DNA of 26,772 nucleotides from a virus (Duplodnaviria > Caudoviricetes). Location: positions 1 through 26,772 of IMG/VR virus record IMGVR_UViG_3300025112_000152, one strand, 5' to 3'. The position numbers and the translations under genes were made by a program. Below are positions 8,839-17,108 of this stretch, in pieces. The stretch's first letter is position 1; each line of letters starts with the position of its first letter. The notes beneath the pieces were generated by a model, which ran no database searches, was not told the origin of the DNA, and worked only from the letters and a program-made list of their open reading frames with translations.

Positions 8839-8890
8839 CCCTGGTACACTTATTGTACTATAATAGAGTAACTAATAAAAAATTAATATA

Positions 8891-9688
8891 ATGGCAAAAA
8901 ACATATTCATCAATCAAAACGAAATATCACATTATCTCAAAGATGTAAGAAAAAGAAAAATACTTACTCCAGTAAGAGAAAAAGAACTAGCTAAAATAAT
9001 GTTAAACGAGAACCCAGATATAGAAACTATACAAGAAATTCACCTTGAGTTATTAGAAGGAAATTTAAGGTTTGTGATTAGCGTAGCAAAAGATTATCAA
9101 GGACAAGGAGTGCAGTTAAGTGATTTAATTGCTGAAGGGAATTATGGACTTTTAAAAGCAATAAAGAACTTTGATTGGAATAAAGGATTCCGATTTATTT
9201 CTTATGCAGTATGGTGGGTAAGGCAATCTATTTTACAATGCCTTAATGAACATGCAAGAACTATAAGGTTACCAGTTAACATTATACAACAACTACAAAA
9301 AGAAAGAAAAAAAGCAGGACAAGAAATAGAAAAATGGAATAGTAAACTTGCCTTATTACCGACTACAATAAATTATGATAAACCCATTAATGATGAAGGT
9401 GATACTTTGATAGATATGTTAGTTAATAATAATGCAGATAATCCAGAAGATATTTTTGCAGATGAATTAAATTTAAAAGATGAATTATTTAAACTAATGT
9501 CTACTTTAGATGAAAGAGAAAAAAATATAGTAATAGATTATTATGGGCTGTGTGGAACTCCTATGACCTTACAAGAAATTGGGGACGAATTAAGCCTAAC
9601 CAAAGAAAGGGTTAGACAAATTAAGGAAAAAGTACTAAGAAAATTAAGAAATGATAGTTATCAGTTATTAGAATACTTAAATGACTAA
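8891..9688 (+). CDS. RNA polymerase sigma-70 factor, RpoD/SigA family, short form without region 1.1
   Basis: Region 1.2 YLKDV, region 2 NLRFVISVAK / DLIAEGNYGL / FRFISYAVWWVRQSI, ARTIRLP, and region 4 TLQEIG..LTKERVRQIKEK. Confidence 0.93.
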   Translation: MAKNIFINQNEISHYLKDVRKRKILTPVREKELAKIMLNENPDIETIQEIHLELLEGNLRFVISVAKDYQGQGVQLSDLIAEGNYGLLKAIKNFDWNKGFRFISYAVWWVRQSILQCLNEHARTIRLPVNIIQQLQKERKKAGQEIEKWNSKLALLPTTINYDKPINDEGDTLIDMLVNNNADNPEDIFADELNLKDELFKLMSTLDEREKNIVIDYYGLCGTPMTLQEIGDELSLTKERVRQIKEKVLRKLRNDSYQLLEYLND

Positions 9689-9695
9689 TATTTAT
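9688..9695 (+). promoter_or_regulatory. ATATTTAT box (putative late promoter)
   Basis: Exact motif 13 nt before the ATG at 9709. Confidence 0.55.
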
Positions 9696-9708
9696 CAATA
9701 AAAGATAA

Positions 9709-11271
9709 ATGAAAAAAAGACTATTTCCTTCTATTGTTGCGTTGGCAGCATTATCTGTGGCTGGGTCCGCAGCTTTCTACTCTGTATTTGGTTTAAGTAA
9801 ATTATTTGCAGGAGCTAGTACTGAAGTAATTATAATGGCAGGTTCACTTGAATTTGCTAAATTAGTAGTTGCGTCATTATTATACCAGTACTGGGACACA
9901 ATAAATAAAATATTAAAAGGCTATCTCATGATAGCCTGTTTTGTTTTAATGGTAATAACATCAGGTGGTATATATGGATTTTTATCTGGAGCCTATCAAT
10001 CAACTGCTACACAATCAGAGTTATTAGACAAGTCACTTGTAATACTTGAACATAAACAAACTAGATTTACTGAAACTAAAGATGACCTAACACTTGAGAA
10101 GACTCAAATAAATCAATCAATATCAGATTTAAGAATATCATTATCAAACCCACATCAAGTGTCATGGTATGATAAAAATTCTGAAACAGTAATCACATCA
10201 TCATCTAGTTCTGCAAGAAGAGCATTACAAGCAGAATTAAAAACTACAATAGCAGATAGAGATAACCTAAACTTAAAATTAGAAGCTATATTAGATTCAA
10301 TAAGTAAAACAGATATAGCTTTACTAGAAAAAGAAATAGATAATGAAGGCCAAAGAGAATTAGGTCCATTAAAATATCTAGCATCAACAACTGGGTGGCC
10401 AATGGACAAGGTTGTCAATTACTTTTTACTTTTAATTATATTTGTATTTGACCCTCTAGCAATAGCACTTGTAGTAGCGGCTAATATGGCATTTGCACAG
10501 TTAACCCCTAAACGTAAAGAAGAAGATTATTTTACATCTAGAAATGAACATCTAGAAAAAATAATAGAAATGGAACCACCAGTAGGACTACGAGAAGATA
10601 ATACAACTCAACCATCTGAATCTCTCAAACAACGAGTAAAAGAAAATCAGGAGAAATTAAAAAAAATAGATGAAGACTATTTTAGTGATTTAGAAGGGTA
10701 TATAAAATATACTAGAGAAGAAGATATAGAGAACTTAACCTACCCCCAATTCATAGAAAAACATTATCCTAAATCAGAAACAACAATAAATACCTATGGG
10801 GATGATGATTGGGCAACCCCACAAGTTAGTAAAGAAGATAAAGAGAAAACAAAATTAATAACTTCTACTGATGAGTTAACAGAAGAAGAGATTGATGAGA
10901 TTAGTAGAGAAATTGGTAAAACAGAAACAACAGATGAACCAACACCAATAAACCCAACCGAAGAAGAGCTTGAGAAATTAGAAGAAATACTAGAAGAACC
11001 CAAACCCATAGAGCCAACTAAAAAAGACCTTGAGAAATTATCTAAAGCTCTTAATATTAAGTATGATGACGAGATTGGTGACATAGACCGATTAACAGAT
11101 ACGACACAAACCCTAATTGTTAAAACCAAAAAAGAAGAGGATGATATAAAAGTTATTAAGTCAGAAGATGATTTGGAAGAAGAACCAACAATTACTGTAG
11201 AAGAATGGAATAATATGTCTGAAAAAGAATATGAAAACAAAATACTTACATACAAAGGAAGGAAAAAATAG
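9709..11271 (+). CDS. Membrane protein with three N-terminal TM segments, a coiled coil, a fourth TM segment and a long acidic tail
   Basis: SAAFYSVFGLSKLFAG, GSLEFAKLV, GIYGFLS, ELGPLKY and IIFVFDPLAIAL, followed by an E/D/T/P-rich C-terminus. Function not assigned. Confidence 0.75.
   Translation: MKKRLFPSIVALAALSVAGSAAFYSVFGLSKLFAGASTEVIIMAGSLEFAKLVVASLLYQYWDTINKILKGYLMIACFVLMVITSGGIYGFLSGAYQSTATQSELLDKSLVILEHKQTRFTETKDDLTLEKTQINQSISDLRISLSNPHQVSWYDKNSETVITSSSSSARRALQAELKTTIADRDNLNLKLEAILDSISKTDIALLEKEIDNEGQRELGPLKYLASTTGWPMDKVVNYFLLLIIFVFDPLAIALVVAANMAFAQLTPKRKEEDYFTSRNEHLEKIIEMEPPVGLREDNTTQPSESLKQRVKENQEKLKKIDEDYFSDLEGYIKYTREEDIENLTYPQFIEKHYPKSETTINTYGDDDWATPQVSKEDKEKTKLITSTDELTEEEIDEISREIGKTETTDEPTPINPTEEELEKLEEILEEPKPIEPTKKDLEKLSKALNIKYDDEIGDIDRLTDTTQTLIVKTKKEEDDIKVIKSEDDLEEEPTITVEEWNNMSEKEYENKILTYKGRKK
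10936..11040 (+). repeat. Intragenic degenerate duplication, period 60 nt (20 aa)
   Basis: EPTPINPTEEELEKL and EPKPIEPTKKDLEKL. Both DNA copies end in CTTGAGAAATTA. Confidence 0.7.
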
Positions 11272-11785
11272 TCAAATACTTTTAAGTAATACTAATAGGG
11301 ATATTAAAAATTATTTACTGGGATTAAAATTACGTAATAATGGTAAATATAAAAAGATACCCAATTATGTTATAGATAAAGAAGGTAAAGTACAACAATT
11401 AACTAAAAAAGATGTGACATCACATTTTCTAGAAGACTATAGAAATAATGGTGTAATTATTATATGTTTAGAGAATAATGGGTGGTTGGCTAGAAGAAGT
11501 AGTGACGGTAAGTATGTTGACTGGCTAGGAGATATTTATAATAATAAAGTATTCTCTAAAAAATGGAGAAATAAATTATTTTGGGATAAGTATACCGATA
11601 AACAAGTAAAAGCTACAAAAAAATTGATAAAAGAAATTTGTGATAAGAATGATATACCTAATGAATTCATCGGTCATAATGTATTAGTAGAAGGAATAGA
11701 AAATTTTAAAGGTATCGTATCACGGAGTAATTATAATGAATATTGGACCGACATTAACCCGTCATTTAATTTTGAAATATTATGA
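11231..11785 (+). CDS. N-acetylmuramoyl-L-alanine amidase (Amidase_2)-like protein, Zn ligands apparently degenerate
   Basis: PNYVIDKEGKVQQL, IIICLEN, YTDKQVKATKKLIKEIC...IP and TDINP follow the amidase_2 layout. The positions expected to hold His read LLSNT and IVSRSN. Confidence 0.65.
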   Translation: MKTKYLHTKEGKNSQILLSNTNRDIKNYLLGLKLRNNGKYKKIPNYVIDKEGKVQQLTKKDVTSHFLEDYRNNGVIIICLENNGWLARRSSDGKYVDWLGDIYNNKVFSKKWRNKLFWDKYTDKQVKATKKLIKEICDKNDIPNEFIGHNVLVEGIENFKGIVSRSNYNEYWTDINPSFNFEIL

Positions 11786-12327
11786 AAAAACAAACTAGAC
11801 ATATTAAGGACTATAGTGATTACAGTAATCGCCAATATGATGAAATGAAATCACTTTTAGATAAATCTAAAAAACTTTTTGAACAAACAACCCCCAGCCT
11901 AGAAACAATTACTTTGGATAGAGAGGAAGAAAAAACAAAAGAATATGATGTATCTAGTGGTAAAATTGTAGTACATGGATATACAACACCAGATATTACT
12001 TTAACTGATGAAGAAAAAAATACTTATCAGGAAACTATGGATGATTTTGTAGAGCAAGTATCTGATTTAGTAGATTATAACGCATTAAACATATATGAAA
12101 ATAATGTGGAATGGTCAGGCATTCTTGTAAAATTTGATACAGAATTCTTTTATACAGTAGGAGAACAAAATGGAGTATATGTTACTGGAAGTATGCTTAA
12201 GATAGATGAGGAAGCTTTAGAGATGTTTACTAAATTGAAGGAATACTATCAAATATTTTCGGCAAAATGGGCAAAAGTATTAGCAGATAGAAAATCTACT
12301 CATAAAAGAGAAGAAGAAAACGAATAA
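11782..12327 (+). CDS. Hypothetical acidic protein
   Basis: 181 aa ORF with ATGA coupling to the upstream gene. Confidence 0.75.
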   Translation: MKKQTRHIKDYSDYSNRQYDEMKSLLDKSKKLFEQTTPSLETITLDREEEKTKEYDVSSGKIVVHGYTTPDITLTDEEKNTYQETMDDFVEQVSDLVDYNALNIYENNVEWSGILVKFDTEFFYTVGEQNGVYVTGSMLKIDEEALEMFTKLKEYYQIFSAKWAKVLADRKSTHKREEENE

Positions 12328-12328
12328 T

Positions 12329-12646
12329 ATGGAATTTTTAAAAAAATCTTGGAAATGGATAGTAGGAGCAATAGGATTCTTTATTGGGCTCGTGTGGTTT
12401 ATGAACTCAAACTCTAGTAGAAAAGTTAAGAAGATTAAAAAGAAGATTAAGACCAATGAAAAAAAGACCAAAGAAGTTGATAAAAAAATAGAGAATATTA
12501 AAAACGAAAAGAAGGTCACAAAGAAAAAAATAGCCAACACTAACAAGGAATTAAAAAAGATTAAAAAGAAAAAACCTAAGGCAAAAAAGAAAACTGGAAA
12601 ACAGGCAAGTAATTCTCTAAGAAATAGACTTAAAAAAAATAAGTAA
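12329..12646 (+). CDS. N-terminally anchored, extremely Lys-rich coiled-coil membrane protein
   Basis: WKWIVGAIGFFIGLVWFM TM segment followed by K-rich heptads. Confidence 0.7.
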   Translation: MEFLKKSWKWIVGAIGFFIGLVWFMNSNSSRKVKKIKKKIKTNEKKTKEVDKKIENIKNEKKVTKKKIANTNKELKKIKKKKPKAKKKTGKQASNSLRNRLKKNK

Positions 12647-12648
12647 TT

Positions 12649-13023
12649 ATGAAAAAACTAATATTAATATTATTATTGCTTACCCCAGTATGGGCCTTCA
12701 CTCAAACACATACTTTTACTGATAAAGAAGTAGTTGAGATGGATTCACTATTTCAAGTACATGAACAAAATGATAGCTTACAGAAAATAGAGATTAATTT
12801 ATTAAATACCCAAATTACAAATTATAAGACATTACATATACAAGATAGCTTACATATAGCTTTCATGAACGAGAAGACAGATTTATTAAACCAAAGAATA
12901 GTTTTATATAAAGATTTAACAAAAGAATTAAGACCGAAATGGTATAATAAACCCATAATTCATTTCTTTTTAGGTGCAGCAACAATTGTTACAGCATCTT
13001 GGGTCGTATCTAATGTTAACTAA
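12649..13023 (+). CDS. Exported protein with a signal peptide, coiled coil and C-terminal TM anchor
   Basis: MKKLILILLLLTPVWAFTQ signal peptide (no lipobox Cys). C-terminal PKWYNKPIIHFFLGAATIVTASWVV. Confidence 0.7.
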   Translation: MKKLILILLLLTPVWAFTQTHTFTDKEVVEMDSLFQVHEQNDSLQKIEINLLNTQITNYKTLHIQDSLHIAFMNEKTDLLNQRIVLYKDLTKELRPKWYNKPIIHFFLGAATIVTASWVVSNVN

Positions 13024-13030
13024 TATTTAT
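13023..13030 (+). promoter_or_regulatory. ATATTTAT box (putative late promoter)
   Basis: Exact motif 5 nt before the ATG at 13036. Confidence 0.55.
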
Positions 13031-13035
13031 AGTAT

Positions 13036-13278
13036 ATGGCATTAACTAGTACAGACAAAAATCAAATTGGGGTAATAGCTCGAAAAGAAATAAAAGATTT
13101 CATGACTAAACCTCAGTTTAAAAATGAAATAAAAAAATTAATGGTTGATGAAATTAAAAAAGGTAGAAATACCAGAGATGAAATTGTGGACATAATAAGT
13201 AAAGTTACATTAGAACTTTATAAAACATTCTGGTTTAGACGTAGTATGTGGCAATCAGAAATAAAAAGAGTAAAATAA
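13036..13278 (+). CDS. Hypothetical protein
   Basis: 80 aa ORF preceded by an ATATTTAT box. TAATG coupling to the next gene. Confidence 0.7.
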   Translation: MALTSTDKNQIGVIARKEIKDFMTKPQFKNEIKKLMVDEIKKGRNTRDEIVDIISKVTLELYKTFWFRRSMWQSEIKRVK

Positions 13279-13976
13279 TGGGTATAGAAGACAATTTTAA
13301 AAAAGCGTTAAAGAAAGCGATTCATAAAGACCCAATAGGGTATAGAGAGATGCTTAAAGAAGAGAAAATAGAACACCCAGGGAAAACCTGTGAAGAAGCT
13401 CATACAGGTATGGAGCACGCAGAGTGGGAAGCACTTCAAGTAGGGCCAGAAGGAGAAGGTAATCCAGATGGAGAAGTAGAAGAAGCAACTTCAGCTGGAA
13501 GTGCAGGAGCATTTGAGGCACCATTAGGATTTGACCCTAGATTTACTAAAAAGAAAAAAGAAGAAGTAGGAGAAGCTACAGGTGCAGAAAGTGCAGGAGC
13601 TTATGAGACACCACAAATGTGGGCAAAAGACGAAAAGAATTGGAGAGGAAAAGCTAAAACTACTTGGCCTGGTGGCAAATTTGTAAAAGTTAAGAAAAAA
13701 TGCAGCACCTTTCCTTACTGTAATCAAGGAGATATAAATGCACTTGAATTAACAGATAATAAAATGGTTAAAGCCGCAATACAAGAAGTTACAAAAAAGA
13801 CAGGAAAAGATAAAAAGTATGTCAAAGAGTTAGTTAAAAAAGAAATAGAGGAGATTATAAGAAGAAGTTTTTATAAGTCCCCGATTACATCTATATTAGG
13901 ACCAAAAACAAAAATGGACAAACCAATAGGTAAAATTTATACAATGGGGTCTAATGTAGGAGGAAAATACGAATAA
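13278..13976 (+). CDS. Hypothetical protein with two EAT-x-A-x-SAGA-[FY]-E-x-P repeats, possibly virion-associated
   Basis: Start reassigned to ATG 13278 (TAATG overlap). Repeats at 13473-13523 and 13563-13613. CSTFPYCNQG motif. Confidence 0.7.
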   Translation: MGIEDNFKKALKKAIHKDPIGYREMLKEEKIEHPGKTCEEAHTGMEHAEWEALQVGPEGEGNPDGEVEEATSAGSAGAFEAPLGFDPRFTKKKKEEVGEATGAESAGAYETPQMWAKDEKNWRGKAKTTWPGGKFVKVKKKCSTFPYCNQGDINALELTDNKMVKAAIQEVTKKTGKDKKYVKELVKKEIEEIIRRSFYKSPITSILGPKTKMDKPIGKIYTMGSNVGGKYE

Positions 13977-13980
13977 ATAG

Positions 13981-13988
13981 ATATTTAT
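13981..13988 (+). promoter_or_regulatory. ATATTTAT box (putative late promoter)
   Basis: Exact motif 12 nt before the ATG at 14001. Confidence 0.55.
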
Positions 13989-14000
13989 AATAAAAACATT

Positions 14001-15212
14001 ATGGGAGATATATTAGCAAAAAATCCAGATTTAACAAAAATTATTAAAAAAGCTGTTAAAAGAATAGGTGAGAATCATGCTTTAGCAAGAGATAAAGAAG
14101 GGATGGTCATTAGTAACGAAGGAGAAAGTTACAAATACACACCAACAAAAGGGAGACACCCCTCAAGGCTGAAAGAATCAGTTAAGGAGACGAAAGTTAT
14201 TGAAGAAGCTTTAAAAGCCGCTGCGGATGAAATGGCACAAAAACTTGTATTAGAAAATACTATAGACAATATGGTAAAGGAAACTCTACAGGGACAAACA
14301 GCTATAGGTAATACATTAAAAAGTGTGGGAGCTGGCTTTGTAGATAAACAAGGTAGTTCTGATACTTTAACAAAATTTACTAAACGTCAAGAAATGGGAG
14401 AACAACAAGAAATGATAAGTGAAGAAAATTCTTCTGTAGCTGAGTTAATGGAACGTGGAACACCATGGACAAATTTAACTACTGCAGAAAGACAAATGGT
14501 AGAAGAGGCCGGTTATGATAAGGATTCATGGACGAAAGCAATTAGCTCATCATCTGACGAGGCACCTAAAGTAAATGAAACTACTACTGATTTGATTAAA
14601 AAGTTAGTTAACAAGAAGTTAAAAGATAAATTAGCAGAAGCAAACCTAAGTCCAAGTAAAACAGTACCTGGATTAGACGCGTATAACAAAGCCATTAAAA
14701 AATCTAAAACAGAAACAGATAGTTACCATAAAGATGTAAAAAAGAAATTTAAAGATTATAGTAATTTTGATGGTAATACAAATCCTGAATTCCCACATCA
14801 AGTAGACTCTAAAACGGACCCAGATAATATAGGGTATCGATATTATAGAAATACTGATGATGACCAAGAATTTATTGATGATTTTGGTTATCCTGGATTA
14901 CAAGATTTTGATGTACATAATCAAGATATGAAAAGATTAACCGATTATTTAGAAGGGTCGAGTGAAACAGGAAATGCTCAAGAAGACAAAGATGGAGAAA
15001 CTTTAGGCAATGTGGTACAAAGTAATTTAGGAAAAATAATGAAAAAGTCTGTTGAAAGAAGAAAAGAAAAGATAGCGGCAGAAAAAGCTGCAATGACTAA
15101 TCTTAGAGGATATAGCCCAGACGTACAAAAAGTTAAACAAGTAAAAGAAAGTGTACAAATAGATACGGACGTAATGAAGAAATTATGGTCCTATAATGAA
15201 AAAACCCAGTAA
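14001..15212 (+). CDS. Hypothetical protein, possible internal head protein
   Basis: 403 aa, hydrophilic, with many [LIV]-x-E sites (LKES, VLEN, ISEE, VNET, LAEA, VKES). The function is an inference only. Confidence 0.7.
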   Translation: MGDILAKNPDLTKIIKKAVKRIGENHALARDKEGMVISNEGESYKYTPTKGRHPSRLKESVKETKVIEEALKAAADEMAQKLVLENTIDNMVKETLQGQTAIGNTLKSVGAGFVDKQGSSDTLTKFTKRQEMGEQQEMISEENSSVAELMERGTPWTNLTTAERQMVEEAGYDKDSWTKAISSSSDEAPKVNETTTDLIKKLVNKKLKDKLAEANLSPSKTVPGLDAYNKAIKKSKTETDSYHKDVKKKFKDYSNFDGNTNPEFPHQVDSKTDPDNIGYRYYRNTDDDQEFIDDFGYPGLQDFDVHNQDMKRLTDYLEGSSETGNAQEDKDGETLGNVVQSNLGKIMKKSVERRKEKIAAEKAAMTNLRGYSPDVQKVKQVKESVQIDTDVMKKLWSYNEKTQ

Positions 15213-15263
15213 ATCACTTTACCTATACTGCTCTTATTGCCTATCTTTAAATTTATAAAAGAT

Positions 15264-15734
15264 ATGGAAAGAAGAAGATTATTACCAGAACAATTTTTTA
15301 AATATGTTACACAACTCGTAAGTCGTGAAGATATGAATTTATGGGTTAAGGTTAATAATATTCATATCGAAAAGATTAATCTCTTTGGTGATTATTTAAA
15401 ATCACTATATATAGTTGTAGTGGAAACTTATTTAGGAAAAGATGTAATTAAAAATGATGACGAAATAAAGGGGCATTTTAATTGGTGTTGGGATAAAATT
15501 ATAGATAATTTTAATAAAGAAAATATATTCTTTAAAAAAGAAGGCCCACACTATGAGTATTTTTTTAATTTCTTTTATGAATCTTTTTATGCAAATAAAC
15601 ATGAAGAACAACGGGAAAAAATTAAAGAATTTTTAAATCATCTTTTTATAGTACATAATGAAAAAACTAAATCGGAGTTAGACATGCTATATGAAATGTA
15701 TGTTCTTTTAAATGAGAGCTTGACAGTCAAGTAA
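15264..15734 (+). CDS. Hypothetical protein, aromatic-rich and helical
   Basis: Start reassigned to ATG 15264. A TATCTTTA (-7-like) element lies at 15242-15249. Confidence 0.7.
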   Translation: MERRRLLPEQFFKYVTQLVSREDMNLWVKVNNIHIEKINLFGDYLKSLYIVVVETYLGKDVIKNDDEIKGHFNWCWDKIIDNFNKENIFFKKEGPHYEYFFNFFYESFYANKHEEQREKIKEFLNHLFIVHNEKTKSELDMLYEMYVLLNESLTVK

Positions 15735-15754
15735 TATTTTTTTACAATTACACA

Positions 15755-15958
15755 ATGAGAATAATTAGTATAATAAACAATGAACTTATAGTTCAAAAAC
15801 AAAAACTAGAAACAGAATTAGAAAGAATTTTGAATCAAACTGAAATTAGTACTGAAGAGAAATTGAAAACATCTCTAGAACTAATAAATAAATTAAGTAT
15901 GATAAACGCAAGTGTTGTGACGTGGGAGTCGTACCAAAGTAAAGAGAAAGAAAAGTAA
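15755..15958 (+). CDS. Small hypothetical coiled-coil protein
   Basis: 67 aa ORF with TTGACA at 15720, 35 nt before the ATG. Confidence 0.7.
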   Translation: MRIISIINNELIVQKQKLETELERILNQTEISTEEKLKTSLELINKLSMINASVVTWESYQSKEKEK

Positions 15959-15959
15959 T

Positions 15960-16133
15960 ATGGAAACATTAACACAATTAGAAACACTTGTAACAGCAAT
16001 TAAAGTAGATGCTGAGAAATTTTTTGACAAAAAAAATAAAAGTGCAGGTATTAGGGCAAGAAAAGCAGCACAAGAATTAAAAGGTGTATTACAAACACTA
16101 AGAAAAGAAATTTTACAAGAAAGTAAGAAATAA
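15960..16133 (+). CDS. Histone H1-like protein, Hc1 family (57 aa)
   Basis: Hand translation METLTQLETLVTAIKVDAEKFFDKKNKSAGIRARKAAQELKGVLQTLRKEILQESKK carries the NK[SA]AGxRARK...LRK signature. Below the ORF-track cutoff. Confidence 0.8.
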   Translation: METLTQLETLVTAIKVDAEKFFDKKNKSAGIRARKAAQELKGVLQTLRKEILQESKK

Positions 16134-16313
16134 ATGGGACATTGGGGATTTACATTAGTTTTTATATTCTCCTTATTAGTAATAAGTAGGAATATTTTAT
16201 TATTTATTAGAAAATTATTTGCCACCGAACCAACCACTTACGAATTAAAAAGAGATGAATTAGTTTTATTAGGGGTTGCACTATCCTATATTTTAACTTA
16301 TTGGATATATTAG
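16134..16313 (+). CDS. Small two-TM membrane protein (59 aa)
   Basis: Hand translation MGHWGFTLVFIFSLLVISRNILLFIRKLFATEPTTYELKRDELVLLGVALSYILTYWIY. Abuts both neighbours with 0-nt gaps. Confidence 0.7.
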   Translation: MGHWGFTLVFIFSLLVISRNILLFIRKLFATEPTTYELKRDELVLLGVALSYILTYWIY

Positions 16314-16775
16314 ATGAAATTATATAATAACATATTAGAATTTGGGGATGTTTTTAATAGTGTTAGAATGCATGAAGATTTTATGGTGGTAGATTTAAAA
16401 TTACCTATTACATGGGAAGATAAAAAAATTATTTCTAGCAGAGGAGGAATAATACAAATGAAAATTGGAAATAGTAACGAAACACATAAATTAGTGTCGT
16501 TTTTTAATGTATTTACTTCGGAAGGATGCGACGTATTAGTAGAAGAAATAAAAGCTATTATTAAATGGAATAAAGATATTGAAGAAAAAAATAATTTATT
16601 AAATTTAAAGATGTTAGAATTGAAAAAGGTGTTTGTGGAGAATAGTGTTGACTCTTTAAGAAAATTAAACTTTGAATTTAATAAGAATAATATAGAATTA
16701 GGTGGAAAAGAAAAAAATAGAGAGCTGGTTTCGCGAGGAAGTATTGAAGGACCAACAGGAGGTACGCCAGCATAA
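16314..16775 (+). CDS. Hypothetical protein
   Basis: 153 aa ORF in a tightly packed run. Confidence 0.7.
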   Translation: MKLYNNILEFGDVFNSVRMHEDFMVVDLKLPITWEDKKIISSRGGIIQMKIGNSNETHKLVSFFNVFTSEGCDVLVEEIKAIIKWNKDIEEKNNLLNLKMLELKKVFVENSVDSLRKLNFEFNKNNIELGGKEKNRELVSRGSIEGPTGGTPA

Positions 16776-16908
16776 AAAAAGAATAATAGAAGAGATAAAG
16801 AAAACTAATATCCATGAAGTTTTGGATAAATACTACAGCACTGAAAAAACCCCACAAAAAGAAAATAAAGGGATATGGAAGAAAATCAAAAACATTCTAA
16901 AGTTTTAG
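16702..16908 (+). CDS. Small hypothetical protein (GTG start)
   Basis: 68 aa, amphipathic C-terminus IWKKIKNILKF. Overlaps the low-information tail of the previous gene. Confidence 0.55.
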   Translation: MEKKKIESWFREEVLKDQQEVRQHKKRIIEEIKKTNIHEVLDKYYSTEKTPQKENKGIWKKIKNILKF

Positions 16909-17108
16909 AAGATTGTGCAGAGATTGCACAAAAGATAAAAGACAATCCATATTTAAAAACATCACAAGTAGTTTTAAAAGTACATCCAGATAAATTTAAC
17001 GAAATTTTAAGAGAGATAGAGGATTTTGTTAGAATAAAAGTAGATAGGGCACAATCTAAGATATCTATAGATATTAGTGAAACAGAATTTATTTTTATAA
17101 AAGATTAA
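16875..17108 (+). CDS. Small hypothetical protein
   Basis: 77 aa ORF converging on the minus-strand gene with a 4-nt overlap. Confidence 0.65.
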   Translation: MEENQKHSKVLEDCAEIAQKIKDNPYLKTSQVVLKVHPDKFNEILREIEDFVRIKVDRAQSKISIDISETEFIFIKD

